From: Prevotella sp.
GTDB taxonomy: Bacteria; Bacteroidota; Bacteroidia; Bacteroidales; Bacteroidaceae
Length of the DNA stretch: 64,000 nucleotides
Direction of reading: 5' to 3'
Assembly: GCA_017412145.1 (NCBI GenBank)
Contig: JAFPYO010000025.1
Span: 12,378 to 76,377, forward strand
Shown: in pieces, positions 44,030 to 53,620 of the stretch
Layout: each line of letters begins with the position of its first letter
How positions within the stretch are numbered: position 1 is the stretch's first letter
Program-made: the position numbers and the translations under genes
The notes under the pieces: model-generated
Databases searched by the model: none
What the model was told of the DNA's origin: nothing
What the model saw: the letters and a program-made list of their open reading frames with translations, nothing else

Positions 44030-44731
44030 CTATTCTTTACGTGGGTCAATAGCTTTCACTGCACCCTGCTCCTCGGTCGTACGACCGTAAGATCCGGTGT
44101 TTTTCTTCATTGCCTCGTTGGCATCCATGCCGCCCTTGATGGCCTCCATCATCTTGCCGAGGTGCACGTACTCGTAGCCGCAGACCTCGTTGTTCTCGTC
44201 GAGGAACATCTTGGTGATGTAGCCTTCGGTGAGCTCCAGATAGCGCGTGCCCTTGGCAACGGTGCCATAGAGCGTACCCGTCTGCGAGCGCAGACCCTTG
44301 CCGAGGTCTTCCAAACCGGCGCCGATGGCCAGACCGCCCTCAGAGAAGGCACTCTGCGTGCGACCATAGACAATCTGCAGGAACAGCTCGCGCATGGCGG
44401 TGTTGATGGCGTCGCAAACGAGGTCGGTATTCAGTGCCTCGAGCAGCGTCTTTCCGGGCAGAATCTCGCTGGCCATAGCCGCCGAGTGAGTCATACCCGT
44501 GCAGCCGATGGTCTCCACGAGAGCCTCCTGAATGATGCCGTCCTTCACGTTGAGCGACAGCTTGCAGGCACCCTGCTGCGGTGCGCACCAGCCAATGCCG
44601 TGCGTGTATCCCGAAATGTCCTTAATCTCCTTTGCCTGAATCCATTTGCCCTCCTCGGGGATGGGTGCAGGCCCATGATAGGCGCCTTTGCAGACGCTGC
44701 ACATGTTTTTTACTTCAGTTGAATAAATCAT
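44030..44731 (-). CDS. NifU/IscU-N-like iron-sulfur scaffold domain protein with unknown C-terminal half
   Basis: APQQGACKLSLNVKDGIIQEALVETIGCTGMTHSAAMASEILPGKTLLEALN matches the IscU pattern (Cys...GC...A.S); extra N-terminal CSVC. Confidence 0.6.
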   Translation of the reverse strand: MIYSTEVKNMCSVCKGAYHGPAPIPEEGKWIQAKEIKDISGYTHGIGWCAPQQGACKLSLNVKDGIIQEALVETIGCTGMTHSAAMASEILPGKTLLEALNTDLVCDAINTAMRELFLQIVYGRTQSAFSEGGLAIGAGLEDLGKGLRSQTGTLYGTVAKGTRYLELTEGYITKMFLDENNEVCGYEYVHLGKMMEAIKGGMDANEAMKKNTGSYGRTTEEQGAVKAIDPRKE

Positions 44732-44768
44732 CTTAATACCTTTTTTTATAAGTGAAACATAAAATGAA

Positions 44769-46898
44769 CTATAGTCCTCTTGCTTTGAGCAGACCCGATG
44801 CGTCGGGCGATTTCATGCCTGTGAAATCGGTGAACATTTCCATCTGGTCCTTCGTGTTGCCACGGCTCAGGATTTTGTCGCGGAAAGCCTGTCCGACTGC
44901 GGGGTCCAATGCTCCGTGCTTCTCGAAATAGTCGGCGATGTTCACGGCCAGAACCTCGGTCCAGAGGTAGCTGTAATAGCCTGCGGCATAGCCTCCACCC
45001 CAAACGTGGTTGAAGTACGAGGTCGAATAGCGCGGCGGAATCTGGTCGTTGAGCAAGCCGATTTCCTTCAATGCCTTGGTTTCAAAGCAGGGTGCTTGCT
45101 CGGCGGTGGGCACTTCGTCGGATTTGAGCATGTGCCAAGCAAGGTCGAGGCAGGTTGCCGCGAGGTTTTCACCCAACGAATAGGCCGAATGGAACTTGAT
45201 GCTCGTCAGCATCTTTTCTTTCAGTTCGGCAGGCATCGGTGCACCGGTTTCGGTGTGCTTCGCATAATTTTCAAAGATTTCGGGAATCGTTGCGAACGAC
45301 TCGTTGAACTGCGACGGCATTTCCACGAAATCGCGTGCCACAGCCGTTCCGCTGAGCGTGTTGTACTTGCAGTTCGACAACATTCCGTGCAGGGCGTGGC
45401 CGAACTCGTGGAAGAGCGTCTCCACCTCGTCCCAAGTGATGAGCGTGGGCTGTCCTTCGGGGGCTTTCGCGTAGTTGCAGACGTTGTAGATGACGGGCTT
45501 CTGGTTGCGCAGACCGCTTTGCTTTGCAAACGCACTCATCCACGCACCACCGCGCTTCGTCGGACGACGGAAATAGTCGTGGTAGAATAGTGCCATCGTC
45601 GTGCCGTCCTTGTCGATGACCTCATACACCTTCATGTCGGGATGATAAGTCGGAAGGTCTTTGCGCTCCTTGAAAGTCAGTCCGTAGGCGCGGTTGGCGG
45701 CGTAGAAAACACCGTTGATCACCACGCTGTCGATGTCGAAATACGGCTTGATTTCGTCGTCGGAAAGGTTGTATTTCTCCTGCTTCATCTTCGCCGAGTA
45801 ATAAAAACGGTCGTAGGGCTGCAACTGAAAGTCGTTGCCCATCGTCTTGCGGGCGAAATTCTCAATTTCCCTCGTTTCGGCCTCAGCCTTCGGGGTGTAT
45901 TCCTTGATGAGTTGTTTCAAGAAAGAATAGACGTTTTCGGGGGTTTTCGCCATCGTTTTCTCGAGCGAATAGGCGGCGTAGTTCTGATAACCCATCAGTT
46001 CGCCTGCCTCGGCGCGAAGTTTGGCGATTTCGGCCACAATGTCGAACGTGCTGAACTGGCGTGTGCCGTCGGCACGATGACGCGAAGCCTCATAGACGCG
46101 CTTGCGAAGGTTGCGGTTGTCGAGATTTGTCAGGATGGCCTGCTGCGTGGTGTTGCTGATGACAATGCAGTAAGGTGCCTTGCCACCACGACTTTCAGCG
46201 TCTTTCTTGCACTGCGCGATGTCGGCAGCGCTGAGTCCGGCGAGTTCCTTCTCGCTGTTCACCCAAACCATCGACGAGTTGGTGGCTTCGGGTAGCATAT
46301 CGCCCCACTGCTGCTGCAATTCAGCGATGCGCAGGTTAATTTGCTTCATGCGTTCCTTCTTCTCGCCCGTGAGCAGCGCACCCGAGCGCACGAAACGCTT
46401 GTAAACGACCTCGGTCAGTTTCTTGTCCTCGCCCTTGAGTTTCTTGTATTTCTTGTCATAGACGTACTTGATGCGCTCGAAAAGTTTCTCGTTGAAATTG
46501 ATTTCGTTGCTCAATTCGGTCAGCATCGGGGTCGATTTTCTCTCGGCCTCAGCGATGATGGGCGTTTTGTGGGCGCTCGTCAGTCCGTAGAGCACGTTGG
46601 TGACCTTGTCGAGCAACACACCGCTCTTTTCAAGTGCCAGAATCGTGTTTTCGAAGGTAGGTTTCTTCTTGTTGTTCACGATGTTGTTGATTTCCTCGCG
46701 ATTTTGCTGAATCGCATACTCAATGGCCGGCAGATAGTCAGTTTCCTTGATTTTGCTGAAGTCGGGCGCGTCGAAAGTCAGTCCACTCGACTGCAACAGC
46801 GGATTTCCATCTGGTGCCCCACCCTCTGAAAGTGCGGCAAATGTCGGCATCATCATGGTTGTAAAAGCCAATGTCATGAATGTTTGTTTGTAGTTCAT
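44769..46898 (-). CDS. dcp: M3 family peptidyl-dipeptidase
   Basis: Zinc motif HEFGHALH; signal peptide; 709 aa. Confidence 0.85.
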   Translation of the reverse strand: MNYKQTFMTLAFTTMMMPTFAALSEGGAPDGNPLLQSSGLTFDAPDFSKIKETDYLPAIEYAIQQNREEINNIVNNKKKPTFENTILALEKSGVLLDKVTNVLYGLTSAHKTPIIAEAERKSTPMLTELSNEINFNEKLFERIKYVYDKKYKKLKGEDKKLTEVVYKRFVRSGALLTGEKKERMKQINLRIAELQQQWGDMLPEATNSSMVWVNSEKELAGLSAADIAQCKKDAESRGGKAPYCIVISNTTQQAILTNLDNRNLRKRVYEASRHRADGTRQFSTFDIVAEIAKLRAEAGELMGYQNYAAYSLEKTMAKTPENVYSFLKQLIKEYTPKAEAETREIENFARKTMGNDFQLQPYDRFYYSAKMKQEKYNLSDDEIKPYFDIDSVVINGVFYAANRAYGLTFKERKDLPTYHPDMKVYEVIDKDGTTMALFYHDYFRRPTKRGGAWMSAFAKQSGLRNQKPVIYNVCNYAKAPEGQPTLITWDEVETLFHEFGHALHGMLSNCKYNTLSGTAVARDFVEMPSQFNESFATIPEIFENYAKHTETGAPMPAELKEKMLTSIKFHSAYSLGENLAATCLDLAWHMLKSDEVPTAEQAPCFETKALKEIGLLNDQIPPRYSTSYFNHVWGGGYAAGYYSYLWTEVLAVNIADYFEKHGALDPAVGQAFRDKILSRGNTKDQMEMFTDFTGMKSPDASGLLKARGL

Positions 46899-46960
46899 AT
46901 TGTTAAAAATTTGAAGTTAATTCGATTTCGGGTCGATTTCCACTTGATTTTACTCGAAAA

Positions 46961-48286
46961 TCACTTGAAAAACTCGGTGAAAACCTTCACGCTATAATGA
47001 TGGTCGGCCACGCTGCCCGTTTCACGGCAACTGTGCATCGCGAGGATGGCATTGCCCATATCGACACCGCGAAGGGGAATCGACGAAGCGAGGATGTTGC
47101 CCAACGTGCTACCGCCAGCCACGTCGCTGTGGTTCACAAATCGCTGACAGGGCACGCCTGCCTTCTCGCACAAACTAGCGAAAATCGCGGCGGAAAGGGC
47201 GTCGCTGGCGTATTTCTGCGAGGCATTGAACTTGATAACCGGACCACCGCCGAGCACAGGATGGTTCGTCGGGTCGTATTTATCGCTGTAGTTCGGATGC
47301 CAAGCGTGGGCATTGTCGGCGGAAATCATAAACGCACGCTCGACGGCCTGATAGAAAGCCTCCTCCGTGCCACTCTGCGCCCATGCGATTCGCTTCAACA
47401 TCGTCGCAAGGAACGGACTTCCGGCACCTTGTTTCGTCTGCGAACCCGTCTCCTCGTTGTCGAAAATGGCCAAAACCTTCGTCACATCGGACTTCGGCGA
47501 CGCCAACAGCGCCTCCAGACCGGCAAAAGCCATCGAAAGGTCGTCGAGACGGCCCGAGGAAATGAATTCGTCGTGGATGCCGAAGGTGCAAGCTGGCTGC
47601 GTGTCGGCGAGATAGAGGTCGAAGTCGAGAATGTCTGCCTTCTTCACCTTCAACTCCTTGCAAATCAGGTTGATGAGCAGGTTTCCCTTCTCCATTTCGT
47701 CGGTGATGATGCCCAGAATCGGCAGCACATCTTTCTGTTTACTGAGTTTCACGCCGTCGTTCACCTGACGGTTGAAATGGATGGCGAGGTTGCTGATTTG
47801 CATCAGCGGACGCTTCACGTGGATGAGCTTCGTCACGGGATTCATCGCGTCCTTGCCCTTCAAAATGACACGACCGGCAACGGTCAGCGGACGGTCGAAC
47901 CACGTGGACATAATCGGACCGCCATAGACCTCCGTGTTCAGTTTCACGAAGCCGCCCTCGCACTGCATCTCGGCATTCGGTTTGATGCGGAACGTCGGCG
48001 AGTCCGAGTGCGCACAAATCATGTGGAAACCAGCGTCGGCAAGCGTTTTCTTGCCGATTTCAAAGGCGAAAACCGCCGAGTCGTTCTTCGTGACGAACAA
48101 TTTGTCGCCAGCCTTCACTTTACCGAGCGGTTTTTGCGCGTCAATTCGCTTGAAACCGGCCTTTTCCAACTCGTCAGCAAGGTTCTTCACCGCGAGGAAA
48201 TTCACTGGCGAAGCATCCAAGAAATTCAATAAGCGTTTTGTCATATCCATATCGTTTTTTTTCGTCATTTTTCCGTCAAAAATCAT
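46961..48286 (-). CDS. M18 family aminopeptidase
   Basis: AHSDSPTFRIKP, DNEETGS and GSTLG contexts typical of M18; start ATG 48286 or one of the in-frame ATGs down to 48244. Confidence 0.8.
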   Translation of the reverse strand: MIFDGKMTKKNDMDMTKRLLNFLDASPVNFLAVKNLADELEKAGFKRIDAQKPLGKVKAGDKLFVTKNDSAVFAFEIGKKTLADAGFHMICAHSDSPTFRIKPNAEMQCEGGFVKLNTEVYGGPIMSTWFDRPLTVAGRVILKGKDAMNPVTKLIHVKRPLMQISNLAIHFNRQVNDGVKLSKQKDVLPILGIITDEMEKGNLLINLICKELKVKKADILDFDLYLADTQPACTFGIHDEFISSGRLDDLSMAFAGLEALLASPKSDVTKVLAIFDNEETGSQTKQGAGSPFLATMLKRIAWAQSGTEEAFYQAVERAFMISADNAHAWHPNYSDKYDPTNHPVLGGGPVIKFNASQKYASDALSAAIFASLCEKAGVPCQRFVNHSDVAGGSTLGNILASSIPLRGVDMGNAILAMHSCRETGSVADHHYSVKVFTEFFK

Positions 48287-48305
48287 TCGATTTCGTTTTT
48301 CCGTG

Positions 48306-48313
48306 CAAATTTA
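48306..48313 (-). promoter_or_regulatory. -7 box (TAAATTTG on minus strand) for M18 gene
   Basis: caaattta on plus strand 20 nt upstream of ATG 48286. Confidence 0.45.
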
Positions 48314-48378
48314 CGAAATTTTTTGGGAATACACGCAGAATTTTCAAAAAATCATCGACTTTCTCCCAAAAAAATATG

Positions 48379-48386
48379 TATCTTTG
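48379..48386 (+). promoter_or_regulatory. -7 box (TATCTTTG) for Rid-fold gene
   Basis: TATCTTTG 20 nt upstream of ATG 48406. Confidence 0.5.
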
Positions 48387-48405
48387 CAGGCAAAATGAGG
48401 TTTTT

Positions 48406-49545
48406 ATGCTCAAAATTCTGACATTTGACAATGCCGAAGCAAGGATTTTCGGTTTCGACGGCGGCACGGAGGTCGAGGAATTCCACCTCGTGCTGAGCGT
48501 CACGAATCCGATGCTGCCGTATCGCGAGCAACTGGAGGCGATTTTCTCGGCCTATAACGAGGCGAAAAACAGCCTGACAAGTGGTGCCGAGCCTGTTTTC
48601 AAGCGCTATTTCCTGAGCGATGCGAGCAACCAAATCGAACTGCTGACGACTCGCGAAACGGAATCGACCGACTGCGCCGTGAGCATCATTCAGCAGCCGC
48701 CACTCAACGGCACGAAGTTGGCTCTTTGGGTCTATCTGACGACGAACATAGAGCGGAAACGGCTTGAAAATGGGCTTTTCGAGGCGCGTCACGGAGCCTA
48801 TCGCCATTTGTGGCTGGCCAATGCCTGCGACACGGCTGAAAATTCGGAAACGCAGACCAGAATTTTGCTTGAAAACTATGTCCAACACCTTGAAAACGAG
48901 GGCCTTTCACTTGCCGACAACTGCGTTCGCACGTGGTTTTTCGTGAACGAGGTCGATTTGAATTACGCGGGAGTAGTAAAAGCGCGAAACGAGGTTTTCG
49001 CCACGCAAAACCTCACCGACCAGACCCATTTCATCGCCAGCACGGGCATCGGAGGTCGTCAGGCCGACGCGCAGGTGCTCGCGCAGATGGACGCTTATGC
49101 CATCGACGGCATTCAGCAGGCACAAATCGGCTTTCTTTACGCGCCGACGCACCTGAATCGCACGAGCGACTACGGCGTGGCTTTCGAGCGCGGCACTTTT
49201 GTGGATTACGGCGACCGTCGCCACGTCTTCATTTCGGGCACGGCCAGCATAGACAACAAGGGCGAAATCGTGCATCACGGCGATGTTGTGGCGCAATGCC
49301 GTCGGATGTGGGAGAACGTGGAAGCATTGCTCGCCGAGGCCGATTGCAGTTTCGACGACGCGGCGCAAATGATTGTCTATCTGCGCGACCCTGCCGACTA
49401 CGCAACCATCAAAAAACTTTTCGAGGAGCGTTTCCCCGAAAAGCCTTGGGTGATTGTCCACGGAAAGGTTTGCCGTCCAGGTTGGCTCATCGAAATGGAA
49501 ATGATGGCAATTAAAGCTCAGAAAACCGAGTTTCCTGAGCTTTAA
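48406..49545 (+). CDS. Two-domain Rid (YjgF/RidA)-fold protein, possibly chorismatase (FkbO/Hyg5/XanB2)-like
   Basis: C-terminal half VFISGTASIDNKGEIVHHGDVVAQCRRMWENVEALL is Rid-fold-like; about 190 extra N-terminal residues; chorismatase call rests on my recollection of the SGTASI motif. Confidence 0.4.
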   Translation: MLKILTFDNAEARIFGFDGGTEVEEFHLVLSVTNPMLPYREQLEAIFSAYNEAKNSLTSGAEPVFKRYFLSDASNQIELLTTRETESTDCAVSIIQQPPLNGTKLALWVYLTTNIERKRLENGLFEARHGAYRHLWLANACDTAENSETQTRILLENYVQHLENEGLSLADNCVRTWFFVNEVDLNYAGVVKARNEVFATQNLTDQTHFIASTGIGGRQADAQVLAQMDAYAIDGIQQAQIGFLYAPTHLNRTSDYGVAFERGTFVDYGDRRHVFISGTASIDNKGEIVHHGDVVAQCRRMWENVEALLAEADCSFDDAAQMIVYLRDPADYATIKKLFEERFPEKPWVIVHGKVCRPGWLIEMEMMAIKAQKTEFPEL

Positions 49546-49570
49546 TGGAATTAGAGAGTAAGGAGTTGAG
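49541..49570. repeat. C-free word tract related to GGAGTGAAGG family, between convergent genes
   Basis: tttaatggaattagagagtaaggagttgag; shares ggaattag.gagt with 41261-41275 and gagtaaggag with 1615-1625. Confidence 0.7.
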
Positions 49571-49572
49571 CC

Positions 49573-51108
49573 TTACTTCGCGTAAGCCACCGACCGCGTT
49601 TCGCGAATCACGGTAATCTTCACCTGACCCGGATAAGTCATTTCAGTCTGGATTTTCGATGCGATTTGTCCGCTGAGTGCCTCGGTCTCGGCATCCGACA
49701 TCTTGTCGGCACCGACAATGACGCGCAACTCGCGACCGGCCTGAATGGCATAGGTCTTCGTCACACCCGGATAACTCATGGCAATGGCCTCGAGGTCGTT
49801 CAGACGTTTGATGTAAGCCTCGACAATCTCGCGACGGGCACCCGGACGAGCACCACTGATGGCGTCGCACACCTGCACGATGGGCGCGAGAAGCGTCTGC
49901 ATCTCCATTTCGTCGTGGTGGGCACCGATGGCATTGCAAATATCGGGTTTTTCCTTGTATTTCTCGGCGATTTTCGCGCCATAGAGGGCGTGCGGGTCGT
50001 CGGTGTCTTCGTCGGGCACCTTTCCGATGTCGTGCAACAGGCCGGCGCGTTTCGCCTTTTTCGGATTCAGACCGAGTTCAGCCGCCATCACAGCACAGAG
50101 GTTGGCCGTTTCACGGGCGTGTTGCAGCAGGTTCTGACCGTAGGACGAACGATATTTCATCTTTCCGACGATGCGAATCAGTTCGGGGTGCAGGCCGTGG
50201 ACACCGAGGTCGATGGCCGTGCGCTTACCCGTCTCGACGATTTCGTTGTCGAGTTGTTTCTTGACTTTCGCCACCACTTCCTCGATGCGGGCGGGGTGGA
50301 TGCGACCGTCGCTGACGAGTTGGTGGAGCGCCAGACGGCAGATTTCGCGGCGAATCGGGTCGAAAGCCGAGATAACGATGGCCTCGGGCGTATCATCGAC
50401 GACGAGTTCCACACCGCAGGCGGCCTCCAGAGCGCGAATGTTGCGACCTTCACGACCAATGACGCGACCTTTGATGTCGTCGTTGTCGAGGTGGAACACC
50501 GACACGCTGTTCTCGATGGCCGTTTCCGTCGCCACGCGCTGAATCGTCTGAATCACGATTTTCTTCGCCTGTGCGTTGGCATTGAGTTTCGCCTCGTCAA
50601 CGATTTCGTTGATGTAACTGGCGGCATCGGTTCGAGCCTCGTCCTTCAGGCTTTCAATCAGGCGGCTTTTGGCTTCGTCGGCACTCAGTCCCGACACTTC
50701 CTCGAGTTTCGCCCGCTCTTGGCTCTGCATCTTCTCGAGTTCTTCCTGCTTGATGGCGAGCAACTTCTTCTCGTTATCGATGCGCTGTTGGTTCTGCTCC
50801 ACCTCCTGTTTGCGGCGACCGAGTTCTTCCTGACGCTGGTTCAGCGAGATTTCGCGCTGCTTCAGCTTGTTTTCGCTCTGCTGAATGCGCTGGTTGCGCT
50901 GCTGCACCTCTTTTTCGAGTTCGCTCTTCTTGTTGAGGAACTTCTCGCGCACCTCCAAGAGCTTTTTCTCCTTAATCACTTCAGCCTCCTTGTCGGCGGC
51001 TGCAATCATCTCATTATATTTTCCCTTCACTACGTAACGGAAAACAGCATAGCCGATAAATCCGCCTACTACGAGGCCGGCAACGACTGCAATTAGTATT
51101 GGTATCAT
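49573..51108 (-). CDS. rny: Ribonuclease Y
   Basis: N-terminal TM, coiled coil, KH domain, HD domain LLHDIGKV. Confidence 0.9.
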   Translation of the reverse strand: MIPILIAVVAGLVVGGFIGYAVFRYVVKGKYNEMIAAADKEAEVIKEKKLLEVREKFLNKKSELEKEVQQRNQRIQQSENKLKQREISLNQRQEELGRRKQEVEQNQQRIDNEKKLLAIKQEELEKMQSQERAKLEEVSGLSADEAKSRLIESLKDEARTDAASYINEIVDEAKLNANAQAKKIVIQTIQRVATETAIENSVSVFHLDNDDIKGRVIGREGRNIRALEAACGVELVVDDTPEAIVISAFDPIRREICRLALHQLVSDGRIHPARIEEVVAKVKKQLDNEIVETGKRTAIDLGVHGLHPELIRIVGKMKYRSSYGQNLLQHARETANLCAVMAAELGLNPKKAKRAGLLHDIGKVPDEDTDDPHALYGAKIAEKYKEKPDICNAIGAHHDEMEMQTLLAPIVQVCDAISGARPGARREIVEAYIKRLNDLEAIAMSYPGVTKTYAIQAGRELRVIVGADKMSDAETEALSGQIASKIQTEMTYPGQVKITVIRETRSVAYAK

Positions 51109-51138
51109 TTGTATTTAAATAATGGTTTAATAATATTC

Positions 51139-51441
51139 TCAATCTTCATTCAGAGCATCTTCGATTTCTGAAGTTAACTTTTCGAGAATATCATTGTAGA
51201 TACCTGTATCGTTGACATTCACCATCTTCTCATGGGCCAACGCAATGTCAAGCATCGCCGCATACAAGATTTCCTTCTCGGTCTTCCTTCCGCGAAGCAT
51301 AGGAACGTAAAGGTTCATTGTATTGTTGATGAGTTTGGCCGCATTGCGATAGTATTCCTCCTCTTCGGGGAACACGTTTACCGCCATGACGGTGTCATAC
51401 AGGTTCAACCGTATATTCAGTTTCTTGTTTTCTTCAGCCAT
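51139..51441 (-). CDS. zapA: Cell division protein ZapA
   Basis: 100 aa, position immediately upstream of rny as in many Bacteroidales; ZapA-like helical pattern. Confidence 0.6.
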   Translation of the reverse strand: MAEENKKLNIRLNLYDTVMAVNVFPEEEEYYRNAAKLINNTMNLYVPMLRGRKTEKEILYAAMLDIALAHEKMVNVNDTGIYNDILEKLTSEIEDALNED

Positions 51442-51453
51442 CGCTCCGAATTT

Positions 51454-51756
51454 TTATTTCTCACTCAGTAGCGTTATACACTTATTGACGTCGCGAATGA
51501 GCTTGGCCAGCCGCTTCTGTGCTCCTTCGAGGTCGCGGTCGGAAATCTCAATCATCTTCGCCATCTTCAGACTCTCGTAGTCGCTTTTTGCTTGAGAGAG
51601 TTGCGCCTCAAGTTCCTTGATGCGCGCATTATGCTCGGCGACCTGCACGCGCAAACCTGCGTTCTCCTTCTTCATTTCCGTGAACTGGAGAATCAGCTGC
51701 CTCATACGGGTCGTAAAAAGCTTCAATGTTTTCTCGTTTTTCTCTTTTGCATCCAT
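51454..51756 (-). CDS. Coiled-coil protein, unknown function
   Basis: 100 aa from ATG 51756; heptad-rich LRVQVAEHNARIKELEAQLSQAKSDYESLK. Confidence 0.5.
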   Translation of the reverse strand: MDAKEKNEKTLKLFTTRMRQLILQFTEMKKENAGLRVQVAEHNARIKELEAQLSQAKSDYESLKMAKMIEISDRDLEGAQKRLAKLIRDVNKCITLLSEK

Positions 51757-51776
51757 GCAACTACTCAATTTGCGTA

Positions 51777-51784
51777 CAAAATTA
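51777..51784 (-). promoter_or_regulatory. -7 box (TAATTTTG on minus strand) for coiled-coil/zapA/rny operon
   Basis: caaaatta on plus strand 21 nt upstream of ATG 51756. Confidence 0.45.
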
Positions 51785-51876
51785 GTCCATTTTCACGAAT
51801 CCTGCAAATTTTCTTCGATTTTTTATGAATTTTCTTTGATATTTTTTCATTTACGAGGATTCATTCGAGTCATTCT

Positions 51877-52500
51877 TCAAGCCTTCTCGTCGGTCGGGCG
51901 CGGCTCTTTCTTGGCCAGCATCACCACGTTATAGACGAAATCAGTGACCCATTTCTGCGAGAATCCGAGCCGTTTGTTGTACTGGCGAATCGCCACGACG
52001 GTCTTCATCACGCCGGCATCGCTGTAGTCGTTCTTATTAAAGATGTCGGCCACAGTTTTCTCGGTCATCTGATAGATGGCAGCCTTGAAGAACGACGGCA
52101 GGCGCAACTTGAACTTCATCAGATTGCCCGTGAGCATCATCAGGTCCTGCGAAAAGCCTTGGAACTGAATCAGATAAACTTGCACGTCTTGCAGTTTCCG
52201 ACAGTTCTTGCGGATGCTTTGGTCGATTTCCTTGAAAAATCCGTCATCCGTTTTGTAAATTTCTTTCATCATCTTCCGACACTGCGACTTCTCACCCACG
52301 CCGAGTTTGTTGTTCACCGTCGGCACGCGCAATGTCGTTTTAAAAGTCCGCAAGTCTGGAAACATCGATAAATTATTGATTCCCAGTTCAGAAGCTATTG
52401 CCGATTGAAAATATACTCTAACGAGCATCATGTAGTCTTCCATACCACCGGCTTTCTTCTCTTCGGACTTTTTTCCGAATAGTTTCGATAATATTCCCAT
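51877..52500 (-). CDS. Hypothetical protein
   Basis: 207 aa from ATG 52500; no motif recognised. Confidence 0.5.
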   Translation of the reverse strand: MGILSKLFGKKSEEKKAGGMEDYMMLVRVYFQSAIASELGINNLSMFPDLRTFKTTLRVPTVNNKLGVGEKSQCRKMMKEIYKTDDGFFKEIDQSIRKNCRKLQDVQVYLIQFQGFSQDLMMLTGNLMKFKLRLPSFFKAAIYQMTEKTVADIFNKNDYSDAGVMKTVVAIRQYNKRLGFSQKWVTDFVYNVVMLAKKEPRPTDEKA

Positions 52501-52546
52501 GTCTCTTTTTTCAAAAATTTTTACGTTAAACAAAACTTTTTCTGTG

Positions 52547-52554
52547 CAAAATTA
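52547..52554 (-). promoter_or_regulatory. -7 box (TAATTTTG on minus strand)
   Basis: caaaatta on plus strand about 47 nt upstream of ATG 52500. Confidence 0.4.
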
Positions 52555-52664
52555 CAACAATCTGAGCAATTGACAAAATAAATTTGAAAAAACCTTAGGA
52601 TAAAAAAAACATAAATTTGAGCAACTTTTTTGCGAAAACTGCATTTACTTTGATGTTTTTTTCT

Positions 52665-52672
52665 TACCTTTG
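52665..52672 (+). promoter_or_regulatory. -7 box (TACCTTTG) for rfbA
   Basis: TACCTTTG 20 nt upstream of ATG 52692. Confidence 0.5.
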
Positions 52673-52691
52673 CACGGAATTTGCAAAAATT

Positions 52692-53567
52692 ATGAAAGGA
52701 ATTGTATTGGCAGGCGGCTCAGGAACCCGCCTCTACCCCATCACAAAGGGCATCAGCAAGCAGCTGATTCCGATTTTCGACAAGCCGATGATTTACTATC
52801 CCATCTCGGCTTTGATGAACGCGGGCATCCGCGAGATTCTCATCATCTCAACCCCGCACGACCTTCCGGGTTTCCGTCGTCTGTTGGGCGACGGCAGCGA
52901 CTTCGGCGTGCGCTTTGAGTATGCCGAGCAACCCAGTCCCGACGGTCTGGCGCAGGCATTTATCATCGGCGAGAAGTTCATCGGCGACGATTGCGCCTGC
53001 CTCGTGCTCGGCGACAACATTTTCCACGGCGTCGGCTTCACCGAACTGCTCCGCCAGAGCGTCGTCGATGCCGAACAGCACGGAAAAGCGTCGGTTTTCG
53101 GCTATTACGTGAACGACCCCGAGCGCTACGGCGTGGCTGAAATCGACGACGAGGGCAACTGCCTCAGCATCGAGGAAAAACCGAAGGAGCCGAAATCGAA
53201 CTATGCCGTGGTCGGCCTGTATTTCTACCCGAACAGCGTGGTGGAAATCGCCAAGAACATCAAGCCGAGTGCGCGTGGAGAACTGGAAATCACGACCGTC
53301 AATCAGGAATATCTGAAGCGTGGCGAACTGAAAGTTCGGAAGTTGCAGCGCGGTTTTGCGTGGCTCGACACCGGCACCCACGACAGTCTGAGCGAGGCCA
53401 GCACTTTCATCGAGGTCATCGAGAAGCGTCAGGGTCTGAAAATCGCCTGTCTCGAGGAAATCGCCCTGCTCAACGGCTGGATTACGCCGGAAAAACTCCG
53501 CGAAATCGCCCAACCGATGCAGAAGAATGCCTATGGGCAGTATCTTTTGCAACTCATTGGTGGTTGA
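52692..53567 (+). CDS. rfbA: Glucose-1-phosphate thymidylyltransferase
   Basis: [19 protein letters not shown]-terminus and RmlA-like core. Confidence 0.9.
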   Translation: MKGIVLAGGSGTRLYPITKGISKQLIPIFDKPMIYYPISALMNAGIREILIISTPHDLPGFRRLLGDGSDFGVRFEYAEQPSPDGLAQAFIIGEKFIGDDCACLVLGDNIFHGVGFTELLRQSVVDAEQHGKASVFGYYVNDPERYGVAEIDDEGNCLSIEEKPKEPKSNYAVVGLYFYPNSVVEIAKNIKPSARGELEITTVNQEYLKRGELKVRKLQRGFAWLDTGTHDSLSEASTFIEVIEKRQGLKIACLEEIALLNGWITPEKLREIAQPMQKNAYGQYLLQLIGG

Positions 53568-53620
53568 AAACGATAATATTTGATTGAATCTGAAAATATA
53601 ATAAAGAACAAACAAGTAAT

